A stretch of 64,000 nt of DNA from contig CBDBGH010000003.1 in the NCBI GenBank assembly GCA_965205265.1, positions 288,001-352,000 on the forward strand. Reading direction: 5' to 3'. Positions 1-8,316 of this stretch are shown here, piece after piece. The stretch is from Alphaproteobacteria bacterium. Lineage in GTDB: Bacteria; Pseudomonadota; Alphaproteobacteria; Bin95. Position numbers and translations under genes: made by a program. How positions within the stretch are numbered: position 1 is the stretch's first letter; each line of letters begins with the position of its first letter. A model generated the notes under the pieces. The model ran no database searches. It had not been told where the DNA came from and saw nothing but the letters and a program-made list of their open reading frames with translations.

Positions 1-134
1 CAGACGACCTGCACCGCCGGGTAGCCCGCCTCCGCGCCCGCCTTGGCCGCCGCCTGCATGCACACGAAACAGGCCCCCGCCAGCACCGCGAAGCCGATGC
101 CGCGCAGCGCTGGCGATGGCGCGGCGGGCGTCAC
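1..134 (-). CDS. DMT/EamA family transporter, N-terminal part (runs off window)
   Basis: Manual translation from GTG at 134: MTPAAPSPALRGIGFAVLAGACFVCMQAAAKAGAEAGYPAVQVV, a typical EamA first helix; directly downstream of the LhgO-like gene. Confidence 0.6.
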   Translation of the reverse strand, partial: MTPAAPSPALRGIGFAVLAGACFVCMQAAAKAGAEAGYPAVQVV

Positions 135-150
135 GGCGGAGCCCGGCGCA

Positions 151-1260
151 TCAGGCTGCTCCGGCCAGGCGCGCGACCTCCTCGGCGATGGCGGGCGATG
201 CGGTGAGGCCGGGCGACTCGATGCCGAACAGGTTGACGAGGCCCGGGACCCCGTGCGTCTCCGGCCCCTGCAGCAGGAAGTCCGGCTGCGGCTCGCCGGG
301 GCCGTGGATTTTCGGCCGGATGCCGGCATAGGCCGGTTGCAGCGCGCCGTCCGCGAGTGCGGGATAGTAGCGCCGGACGGCGTCGTAGAAGCGCTCGGCG
401 CGGGCTGGATCCACGTCGTATTCCGGGGCCTCCAGCCATTCGAGGTCGGGGCCGAACTTGCACTGGCCCGCGAGGTCCAGCGTGACATGCACGCCCAGCA
501 CGGACGCCTCCGGCATCGGATAGACCAGGCGGCGGAAGGGCTGGCGGCCGGCGACGGAGAAATAGTTGCCCTTGGCGAAGCGGGCGTTCGGGATATGGCG
601 GCCGTCCAGGCCCTCGATCCTCGCGGCGACCTCCGGCGCGGCCAGCCCGGCGCTGTTGACGACCAGTCCGGCGGCGAGCGTCATCGGCTCCGCGCCGCCG
701 ACTTCGAGCTCGATGCCGTCTTCCAGCGCACGCCCGCTCGCGACCGGGGCGTGGAAGGCGATCATTGCGCCCGCCTCCTCGGCATCGCCCTCGAAGGCCA
801 GCATCAGCGCGTGGCTGTCGATGATGCCGGTGGAGGGGGAGAGCAGGCCTGCCTCCGCCTGCACGGCCGGCTCCAGCGCCCGCACCTCTGCGCCCGTCAG
901 CAGCTCCAGGTCCGGCACGCCATTGGCGGCGGCGCGCGCCTGCAGGGCCTCCAATTCCGGGATGCGGCTCTCGTCGGCGGCGACGATCAGCTTGCCGATC
1001 CGCTTGTGCGGCAGGCCGCGTTCGGCGCAGTAGTCGTAGAGGAAATGCTTGCCCTCGACGCAGGCCTTCGCCTTGAAGCTGCCGGCCGGATAGTAAATCC
1101 CGGCGTGGATGACCTCGCTGTTGCGGGAACTGGTCTCGGTGCCGATGGCCTCGGCGGCCTCCAGCACGATGACCTCCAGCCCGGCCATGGCGAGCCGGCG
1201 CGCGCAGGCGAGCCCGACCACGCCCGCGCCGATGACGACGCATTCCACCCTCTCCGCCAT
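151..1260 (-). CDS. NAD(P)/FAD-dependent oxidoreductase, L-2-hydroxyglutarate oxidase (LhgO) family
   Basis: [10 protein letters not shown] Rossmann motif, [16 protein letters not shown] and [10 protein letters not shown] family signatures. Confidence 0.88.
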   Translation of the reverse strand: MAERVECVVIGAGVVGLACARRLAMAGLEVIVLEAAEAIGTETSSRNSEVIHAGIYYPAGSFKAKACVEGKHFLYDYCAERGLPHKRIGKLIVAADESRIPELEALQARAAANGVPDLELLTGAEVRALEPAVQAEAGLLSPSTGIIDSHALMLAFEGDAEEAGAMIAFHAPVASGRALEDGIELEVGGAEPMTLAAGLVVNSAGLAAPEVAARIEGLDGRHIPNARFAKGNYFSVAGRQPFRRLVYPMPEASVLGVHVTLDLAGQCKFGPDLEWLEAPEYDVDPARAERFYDAVRRYYPALADGALQPAYAGIRPKIHGPGEPQPDFLLQGPETHGVPGLVNLFGIESPGLTASPAIAEEVARLAGAA

Positions 1261-1335
1261 GCTCGCCGGTTCCTCCCGCCCTGCCGCGCCTCTGCCTCGG
1301 GCGTCCCGGTCCGGAAACCTGCCGGGCCGCCCGCC

Positions 1336-2694
1336 TCAGTGCCGCCAGTGCCCCGTTTGCGGGTAGTCGAGGCCGAGATGGTCGCGGAGCGTGGGGCCGG
1401 TATAGTCCTTCCGGTAGAGGCCGCGCTTTTGCAATTCGGGCACCACATGCGTGATGAGGTCCTCGAAGGAACCGTGGAAGTGCGTCGCGCCGACGACGAA
1501 GCCGTCCGAGCCGCGCTCGACGAAGAACTCCTCCATCTTGTCCGCAACCTCCTTCGGCCCGCCGACCCAGGGGTCCTTGAGGAGCCCGCGGCCCGTGGCC
1601 GTCATGAAGTCGCGCACGGTCGGGTTCGGATTGCCGGTCACCTGCACGGCGCGGTCGCGCATGGACTGCATGCCGGTCAGGCCCTCCATTTCCTCGTCGC
1701 TGAACGGCTCGTCCATGCCCTTCCTGGCGAAGTCGTAATTGAGCGCCTCGGAAAGCAGCGAAAGCTGGTCGGTCTCGTTCGGCAGCGTGTCGTAGAGGGC
1801 GCGCTTGTCCTCAGCCTCCATCAGGCTCTCGCCGACCATCGGGTAGAAGAGGCTCGCGATCTTCATGCCGTCCGGGTCGCGCCCGTGCGCGGCGCAATCG
1901 TCCTTCAGCGCCTTGTAGGCGGGCTTCGCCGCTTCGAGGCTCGGATAGGCCACGAAGATGAGCTCGCCCCAGCGCGCCGCGAACCGTCGGCCCCGGCCGG
2001 ACTGGCCCGCCTGGATGACCACCGGGTGGCCCTGGGCCGAGCGCGGCACGGTGAACGGCCCCCGGGACTTGAAGAACGGCCCCTCATGGTCGAGGCGATG
2101 CACCTTGTCCGGGTCGGCGAAGACGTTGTTCTCCCGGTCCAGCACCAGCGCGTCGTCGTCCCAGGCGTCCCAGTGGCCGTGGACCACCTCCATGAACTCG
2201 TCCGCCCGGTCGTAGCGCAGGTCGTGCTCGGTCACGCCGTCGCGCCCCATGTTGAGCGCCTCGTTCTCGTTGACGGAGGTGACGACGTTCCAGGCCGCGC
2301 GTCCGCTGGACATGAGGTCGAGCGTCGAGAACATCCGCGCCACATGGAAGGGGTCGTAATAGGTCGTCGAGCAGGTGGCGCCGAGGCCGAGCCGCTCCGT
2401 CGCCATGCCCATCGCCATCAGGGTCACGATGGGGTCCATCTTCACGCAGCGTATGCCGTGCTCGACGGTGTGCGCGTGGTCCTTGCCGAACATGTCCGGC
2501 ATGGCGAGCCGGTCGTCGAAGAAACCGATATCGAATTTGCCGTGCTCCAGCAGCCGGGCGAGGTCGCGGTAGTAGTCCGCCGACATGAAGTCCAGCCTCG
2601 CATCCGGGTGGCGCCAGGCGGCGGGCAGGGTGGAGCAATTCTGCGCCTGGAGGAAAGCGACGAGGGCGATCTGGCGGTCTGGTTTTCGGCTCAT
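1336..2694 (-). CDS. NtaA/DmoA/SnaA family FMN-dependent (luciferase-like) monooxygenase
   Basis: AWRHP, STTYYDPFHVAR, SGRAAWNVVTS, QAGQSGRG and TLRDHLGL motifs; start taken at ATG 2694 (MSRKPDRQIAL). Confidence 0.9.
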   Translation of the reverse strand: MSRKPDRQIALVAFLQAQNCSTLPAAWRHPDARLDFMSADYYRDLARLLEHGKFDIGFFDDRLAMPDMFGKDHAHTVEHGIRCVKMDPIVTLMAMGMATERLGLGATCSTTYYDPFHVARMFSTLDLMSSGRAAWNVVTSVNENEALNMGRDGVTEHDLRYDRADEFMEVVHGHWDAWDDDALVLDRENNVFADPDKVHRLDHEGPFFKSRGPFTVPRSAQGHPVVIQAGQSGRGRRFAARWGELIFVAYPSLEAAKPAYKALKDDCAAHGRDPDGMKIASLFYPMVGESLMEAEDKRALYDTLPNETDQLSLLSEALNYDFARKGMDEPFSDEEMEGLTGMQSMRDRAVQVTGNPNPTVRDFMTATGRGLLKDPWVGGPKEVADKMEEFFVERGSDGFVVGATHFHGSFEDLITHVVPELQKRGLYRKDYTGPTLRDHLGLDYPQTGHWRH

Positions 2695-2725
2695 CTGTGC
2701 GGCTTCTGTCTCCGGAATTTCCCTT

Positions 2726-4054
2726 TCAGCCTGCCGCCATTCGCGAGCGCCGTCCAGCCGCCTCCGCCCCGAACAGCGCGCGGCGCCAGCGAAACGCGAT
2801 AAACGCCGTGCCCGCGAGGCCCGCAAGCGCGTAGCCCAGCACCGTCGCCCGGTAGCCGACCGTCTCGATCAGCGCGCCGCCGAGCGGCAGGCCGACCGCC
2901 ATGCCGTAAACCGCAAGCATGCGCACGCCCATCACCATGCCCCGGAGCCGCGGATTCGAGCGCCGGAGCAGGAACACCGCGAGGCCGATCATCGCCCCGC
3001 CCTGGACGGTCCCCACTGCGACCATCACCGCCATGCCGGTCCATTTTTCGGTCATCTGCGAGAAGACCATGAGCAGCAGGTACCAGAGCGCTACGCCCGC
3101 GAACACGGCGCCGACCGGCGACCGGCGCGGGCCGCCGCCCACGGCCATGGCGAAGGAGCCGATGAAAGCGCCGGCGGCGTAACTCGCCAGCAGGTGCGAG
3201 AGGCCGACCGCGTCCAGCCCGTAAACCGTGCGCGCGGCATAGGGCATGAGCCCGCTGGAAATGGGGAAGCCCGTGAGGTTGACCAGGAAGGCCAGCCACA
3301 TTGCCGCCATGAGCGCGGGCGTGCGCCGGATATGCCGGAAGCCTGCCCGGAGTTCGGCCAGCATGGACAGGCCCCTGCCGCGCGGGCGCGCGCGCCGCCC
3401 GCCGACGCCGAAACTGAGCGCGAAGGCCGCCAGGTAGAAGGCGGCCACGACCAGGTATGCCGGACCGATGCCGAGCGACTGGAACAGCGTCGCCCCGATG
3501 AGCGCCCCGGCGATGCGCGCCAGGTCCTGAGTCGTGCGCGAGAAGCCCATGGCGTTGACGAGCAGCCGGTCGGCCATGGTGTCGCCGACCAGCGCGTTGC
3601 GCATCACGAGGTCGGAGGGGCGGACCAGACCGGCGAGCGCGGCGATGGCGAACACGGCTGCGGGATCCAGCCGGTCCGTGAGGCCGAGGGCGGCGAGGCA
3701 GCCGGCGAGCATGAGGTAGAAGCCGCGCATGGCCGCGATCATGGCGCGGCGGCCGAGCCGGTCGGCGAGCGAGCCCAGCGCCGGGGCCAGCAGCGTGCCG
3801 AGGAACTGGAGCGCGGCGAAGGCGGTCTGGAGCATCACCGAGCCGGTCGCGACCAGCACGAACCAGTTGAGGATCAGCGTTTCCATCTCGAAGGCGAGCG
3901 AAGTGGCGAGGTCGCCCGGCCACTGGAACCGGAAGCTGCGCACGGCGAAGGGCGCAAACACGCCGCGCAGACGGGAGGAGCGTTCAGGCTGGATGTCGGA
4001 AATCGGTCTTACTCCGGCCCGGCGCGGCCCCCGGCTCTCAACTCGCGGCGCCAT
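2726..4054 (-). CDS. MFS transporter
   Basis: About 12 hydrophobic segments and GSLADRLGRR motif A; start codon uncertain. Confidence 0.85.
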   Translation of the reverse strand: MAPRVESRGPRRAGVRPISDIQPERSSRLRGVFAPFAVRSFRFQWPGDLATSLAFEMETLILNWFVLVATGSVMLQTAFAALQFLGTLLAPALGSLADRLGRRAMIAAMRGFYLMLAGCLAALGLTDRLDPAAVFAIAALAGLVRPSDLVMRNALVGDTMADRLLVNAMGFSRTTQDLARIAGALIGATLFQSLGIGPAYLVVAAFYLAAFALSFGVGGRRARPRGRGLSMLAELRAGFRHIRRTPALMAAMWLAFLVNLTGFPISSGLMPYAARTVYGLDAVGLSHLLASYAAGAFIGSFAMAVGGGPRRSPVGAVFAGVALWYLLLMVFSQMTEKWTGMAVMVAVGTVQGGAMIGLAVFLLRRSNPRLRGMVMGVRMLAVYGMAVGLPLGGALIETVGYRATVLGYALAGLAGTAFIAFRWRRALFGAEAAGRRSRMAAG

Positions 4055-4070
4055 GCTACCTTCCCTGTCC

Positions 4071-5165
4071 ATGACAGACGAGAACGACCGCCTTGTCGAT
4101 GCGATAACGGGTATTTTGCCGCCCTTGCTGAACGCGCTGGACGGCCTCGAATTCGCCGCCCGCAACCTCCATCCGGAGGGGCTGGAGCGGCTCTGGTCCA
4201 TGCTCTCCCCGCTCGCCGATGCTCTCCGCAATGCCCGACCGGCGCTGGAAGAAGCCGCCTGGCCGGAACGGCTCGACGGCCCGAAACAGGCGCTCGCCGG
4301 CAGCGCCGACACGGCGCTCGACGCGCTGGCGCGCATGGAGGTGGCGGGCGGAACGGGCGATATGCAGGAGGCGCTTCGGGGCACGCGCGCCCGTGCGCCT
4401 GCGCTCGAATATCTCTACCCGCTTTCGCCGATGCTGCCGCCGGTCAGCAGGTTCTTCCTGGAGCCCCCGGCGCGCAGCGACGAAGGGCGTCTGGAACGGC
4501 TCGCCCGGCCCGGGCGACCGGAGGCGGGCGTCACCCATTTCGGCAATGGCCGCGGCGAGCGCGGCGGCTGGTCGCTGTTCGTGCCGGAGGACCTGGACCC
4601 GGACACGCCGGCGCCGCTCGTCGTGGCGCTGCATGGCGGCGGCGGCCACGGGCGGCTGTTCCTGTGGAGCTGGCTGCGGGCGGCGCGCACGGCAGGCGCG
4701 ATCCTCGCCGCGCCGACCTCGACCGCGCGGACCTGGGCGCTGATGGGCGACGACCCCGACACGCCGCGCCTGCTGGAGATCGTCGCGGAAATCGGCGGGC
4801 GACACAGGGTGGACCCGGCGCGGCTGCTGCTGACCGGCATGAGCGACGGCGCGACCTTCAGCTATGTCTCGGCCCTGCCGTCGGACGGCCCCTGGACGCA
4901 TCTGGCGCCCTTCGCCGGCACCTTCCACCCCATGCTGCTGGAGTTCATCAGCGCCGGGCGGCTGAAGGGCCTGCCGATCTACCTCGCGCACGGGGCGCTC
5001 GACTGGATGTTCCCGGTCGCCGTCGCCCGCGCCGCCCGCGACGCCTTCTCGGCGCGGGGCGCGGCCGTCACCTACCGCGAACTCCCGGACCTCGCCCACG
5101 CCTTCCCGACCGAGGAATGCGCCGCCGTGCTCGCCTGGCTGAAGCAGACGCCGGCGGCCGGCTGA
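4071..5165 (+). CDS. Phospholipase/carboxylesterase (alpha/beta hydrolase) with N-terminal helical extension
   Basis: VVALHGGGG, GMSDG nucleophile elbow, HGALD and LAHAF catalytic Asp/His. Confidence 0.8.
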   Translation: MTDENDRLVDAITGILPPLLNALDGLEFAARNLHPEGLERLWSMLSPLADALRNARPALEEAAWPERLDGPKQALAGSADTALDALARMEVAGGTGDMQEALRGTRARAPALEYLYPLSPMLPPVSRFFLEPPARSDEGRLERLARPGRPEAGVTHFGNGRGERGGWSLFVPEDLDPDTPAPLVVALHGGGGHGRLFLWSWLRAARTAGAILAAPTSTARTWALMGDDPDTPRLLEIVAEIGGRHRVDPARLLLTGMSDGATFSYVSALPSDGPWTHLAPFAGTFHPMLLEFISAGRLKGLPIYLAHGALDWMFPVAVARAARDAFSARGAAVTYRELPDLAHAFPTEECAAVLAWLKQTPAAG

Positions 5166-5253
5166 GCCGCCGGGAGCATCGCGGCATGTCATGTTTGGGG
5201 CTTATATGGACAGGTTGACGACAGGTTTGCGAGGCTTCGCGCCTTCTCTCCAG

Positions 5254-5341
5254 CGTCATACCCGGACTTGTTCCGGGTATCCCTTTCCACCGTTGCTGCC
5301 GGACGGCCGCATGGATACCCGGAACAAGTCCGGGTATGACG
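5254..5341. repeat. RPE/RIME-like palindromic repeat
   Basis: CGTCATACCCGGACTTGTTCCGGGTATCC...GGATACCCGGAACAAGTCCGGGTATGACG inverted arms; near-identical copy at 12560-12647. Confidence 0.9.
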
Positions 5342-5591
5342 GAGAGGGCGTTAAGGCATGACGGAAGAAATGTCGTTGGCCTCCCCCGCCAACCTATCTA
5401 TGTAATCCCCTCATGTTTTGTCATGCGGGGCCGGCGGGACCCCGACTCGCGCGTATACTGCGCGCTCGCGCGCGCAAGCCGGGCGCAGGGCGCACCTCAC
5501 CCGTTGGCCGAATCGGGGGCTGTTTCTCGCCGATGCGAAACAGCAGGGGAAGCGGCCCCGCGAACGCCGCCTCCTTCCTGCCTCCTCGTTT

Positions 5592-5619
5592 CGAGTAGGC
5601 TTTATATCATATATGTCAA
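5592..5619 (-). promoter_or_regulatory. Putative sigma70 promoter of element copy A
   Basis: Minus-strand TTGACA(5619-5614)-N16-TACTCG(5597-5592) in an AT-rich island. Confidence 0.45.
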
Positions 5620-5798
5620 GAATCAAAAAAGAATTATTACAGGAAATACGAACAAAAAGCTTCTTATCCCCGATTGCGCCGTCAGGCTGGCGGCCTGACG
5701 GGCGATAGGATTTTCGCCGCATAGGGGCTATGTATCGGCAGGGCGGGCGGGCTGGCCGCGCGGCCCCGGAAGGAAAGTCAGGAAGCGGAAGACCGGCA

Positions 5799-6797
5799 AT
5801 GACCGAAGCAGTGAGCGAAGCCGCCCCGGAGAACATGCGCCTCGGCGTGTTCCACTACATGCAGCCCTCGGCGGCTTCGTCGCTCTACCGCAACGGCAGG
5901 GTGCTGACCCGCCGGGATCGCGACGGCAGCGACAGCGGCCGGGTGGGCGTAGATCTGGAAGAGCGGGACATGCCGATCCTAGACGCGCGCGGGCTCGCGC
6001 CGGGGGAACAGCCGACGCTCGCCGCCAACGGGTTCGAGTTGCTCCGGCGACCGATGGCCGACCCGGACCTGGACTTCCTCGACCATGACGCGGTGGTGCG
6101 GGCCTACTATCCCGAATGCGCCGAAATCGTGCGCGCGGCGACAGGGGCGGCGACCGTCGCGGCCTTCGACCACAATATCCGCTCCGCCGCCGGCAAGTCC
6201 GGCCAGCAGCGCATCGCCGGCGGCCAGCAGGTGCAGGGGCCGGCCCATCTGGTGCATGGCGACTACACGCTGACCAGCGCGCCGCAGCGCCTCCGCGACC
6301 TCGCCCGCCCGCCGACCCTGAACGACACCTACCGCACGGCGCTTCCCGAGGGCGCCACGCTGCTGGATGGGGACGCGGTGGAAGAGGCGGTGGAGAGCGG
6401 GCGCTTCGCGATCGTCAATGTCTGGCGCAACATCGCGCGCGAGCCGGTGGCGACCCGGCCGCTTGCGCTCTGCGACGCCGCCAGCGTGCGCCCGGAAGAG
6501 CTGGTCGTGTTCGAAATCCACTATGGCGACCGGGTCGGCGAGAACTATTTCGCCAAGCACGACCCGCGCCACCGCTGGGTTTACTGGTCCGCCATGACCC
6601 GCGAGGAGGCGCTGCTCCTCAAGCAGTGGGATTCGGCCGGCGAACTGGCCCGGTCCGGGGGCGCCAGGGCCGATGCCGAGGGCGCGGACGGGCCCTGTAC
6701 CTTCAGCTTCCACAGCGCCTTCGAAGACCCCGCAACCCCGCCCGACGCCCCCGACCGCTGGAGCATCGAAGTCCGCTGCGCCGTGCTTTACGGGTGA
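5799..6797 (+). CDS. CmcJ/NvfI (AsaB-like) family Fe/2OG-type oxidoreductase
   Basis: AFDHNIR, VHGDYT (HxD), NVWRNI, PLALCDA, FHSAF and SIEVR motifs. Confidence 0.85.
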   Translation: MTEAVSEAAPENMRLGVFHYMQPSAASSLYRNGRVLTRRDRDGSDSGRVGVDLEERDMPILDARGLAPGEQPTLAANGFELLRRPMADPDLDFLDHDAVVRAYYPECAEIVRAATGAATVAAFDHNIRSAAGKSGQQRIAGGQQVQGPAHLVHGDYTLTSAPQRLRDLARPPTLNDTYRTALPEGATLLDGDAVEEAVESGRFAIVNVWRNIAREPVATRPLALCDAASVRPEELVVFEIHYGDRVGENYFAKHDPRHRWVYWSAMTREEALLLKQWDSAGELARSGGARADAEGADGPCTFSFHSAFEDPATPPDAPDRWSIEVRCAVLYG

Positions 6798-6888
6798 CGG
6801 GGGCGGCCACTGGCATGTGGATCAGGAATCCCGCTGGAAGCTGCGGTATGCCGGGCCGGATCGGCGTTGGAACGGGGCTGTCCGTTGC

Positions 6889-8148
6889 TCAGGCTTCCCA
6901 GAGCATTCTGAAGGGCATCGCAAACAACCCGGCGCCCGTTCGCTGAATGCGCTCGCCGTCGTGCAGGACGATCCCGCAGGCGAACCTGTCCCCCACTGTC
7001 TCCTTCAGGCGCTGCAGTCCCCTGAAATCCCGGGGATGCGCCGTCGCCCTCGCCTTGACTTCGATTCCTACAACGGCGCCCGGCGAACGCTCCAGAACGA
7101 GATCGACTTCCATGCCGTCCTTGTCGCGATAATGAGTGACGGTCGTCGTTTCGTCCGAGAGGGCGATGGCCTTGGCGATCTCCCCATGCACGAAACTCTC
7201 AAGCAGCGGTCCCAGCTTCTGGCGGTCCTGCACGATGTCCGCAGCTTCCGTCCGCAGCAGCGCCGCGAGCAGGCCGGAATCCAGAAACTGGAGCTTAGGC
7301 GTCCTGACCAGCCGCTTCAGCCGGCTGCTGTGCCAGGCGCGAACGCGGCGAATCAGGAACATGTGCTCCAGCAGCACCAGCCAGCGATCCACGGTCTTGC
7401 CATCGACGCCGAGGCGCGCGCCGAGGCCGGACATGTTGAGCAACTGGCCTGCCGAGACGGCCGCATGGTCGATCAGGCGGGCCATTTCGTCTCGTTTCCC
7501 GACAGGCGCGATATCCGGGACATCGCGTTCGGCAAGCGCCTGCACATAGGCGCGCAGCCAGGAACGCCGACGGGACGCGGCGGCGCGGGCGAGCGCCGCC
7601 GGATATCCGCCGGCAACGACCCGCTCGACGAGATCGGCCGTCGGCCCCGTCTCCTCGATTGCCGGAAAGTCGCCGGCAAAGGCCCGGTCGAGGAAACGCG
7701 GCGGAGCGGCGCCGGCGATCTCGGCCTGGGAGAACGGCAGGAGCTCAACGGTCTCGACGCGCCCGGCCAGGGAATCCGGGGAAATAGCGCCCCTGAACAG
7801 ATCGACCGAACCTGTAATCAGATAGCGACCGGGATCGGGATACTCGTCGACTTCCTTCTTGAGTGCCAGGATCAGGTTCGGAGCGCGCTGGATTTCGTCG
7901 ATTACAACGTTTCGCAGGCCCCGGACGAAGCCGGCAGGATCGTCTTGAGCGAACCGCCTGGACTGGTCGTCGTCCAGAGAAACGAAGGCCCGTCCTTCGC
8001 CATCGGCAATGCGCCGGGCGAGCGTTGTCTTGCCGGACTGGCGCGGTCCCACGATGGCGACAATACGGGTGTCCGTCAGCGCCAGGCGAACGGACGCCTC
8101 GGCGTGCCGCGCCACAAAGGTTTCGGCGGGGAGCGTCCAGTTCGGCAC
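6889..8148 (-). CDS. AAA_14 ATPase with C-terminal DUF4143 (PD-(D/E)xK-like) domain
   Basis: GPRQSGKTT Walker A, IDEIQRAP Walker B, GGYP, EVDLVLE...IEVKA nuclease-like motif. Confidence 0.9.
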   Translation of the reverse strand: MPNWTLPAETFVARHAEASVRLALTDTRIVAIVGPRQSGKTTLARRIADGEGRAFVSLDDDQSRRFAQDDPAGFVRGLRNVVIDEIQRAPNLILALKKEVDEYPDPGRYLITGSVDLFRGAISPDSLAGRVETVELLPFSQAEIAGAAPPRFLDRAFAGDFPAIEETGPTADLVERVVAGGYPAALARAAASRRRSWLRAYVQALAERDVPDIAPVGKRDEMARLIDHAAVSAGQLLNMSGLGARLGVDGKTVDRWLVLLEHMFLIRRVRAWHSSRLKRLVRTPKLQFLDSGLLAALLRTEAADIVQDRQKLGPLLESFVHGEIAKAIALSDETTTVTHYRDKDGMEVDLVLERSPGAVVGIEVKARATAHPRDFRGLQRLKETVGDRFACGIVLHDGERIQRTGAGLFAMPFRMLWEA

Positions 8149-8211
8149 AGTTTACCGTCCAATTCGGAATCATCGTCCGTCCAATCCGGAATATAGCGCC
8201 GCGCGATCCGG
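8134..8211. repeat. Four 12-bp direct repeats with an exact 22-bp period (iteron/operator-like)
   Basis: CGTCCAGTTCGG 8134, CGTCCAATTCGG 8156, CGTCCAATCCGG 8178, degenerate CGCGCGATCCGG 8200. Confidence 0.75.
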
Positions 8212-8316
8212 CAGTCACCCGCGAATTCTGCGCATGTTCGTGAGGCCGTACACCCGCTCCGCTTGCCGTCGGCGCGGAAACGGCTACGCTCCCCGCCAGC
8301 GAGGAGGTTTGGGGCG

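Larger units (their letters stand above)
5168..5660 (-). ncRNA. Candidate structured ncRNA or dispersed non-coding element, copy A (homologous to 36145-36650)
   Basis: Collinear conserved blocks shared with copy B, sigma70-like promoter TTGACA-N16-TACTCG, 5' hairpin at 5549-5573. Confidence 0.5.

Noticed and set aside
43-5218. Very long plus-strand ORFs (919 aa and 877 aa)
   Set aside because: Antisense or off-frame shadows of real genes in GC-rich DNA; Arg/Gly/Ala-rich with no family motifs
5336-5836. Small ORFs (120, 141, 96 and 61 aa) in the intergenic element, and likewise at 36183-36637
   Set aside because: No conserved reading frame between the two homologous copies and no recognisable domains; treated as non-coding
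8134-8211. 22-bp-period repeats as a mini-CRISPR
   Set aside because: The 12-bp repeats and 10-bp spacers are far too short; better read as protein-binding sites
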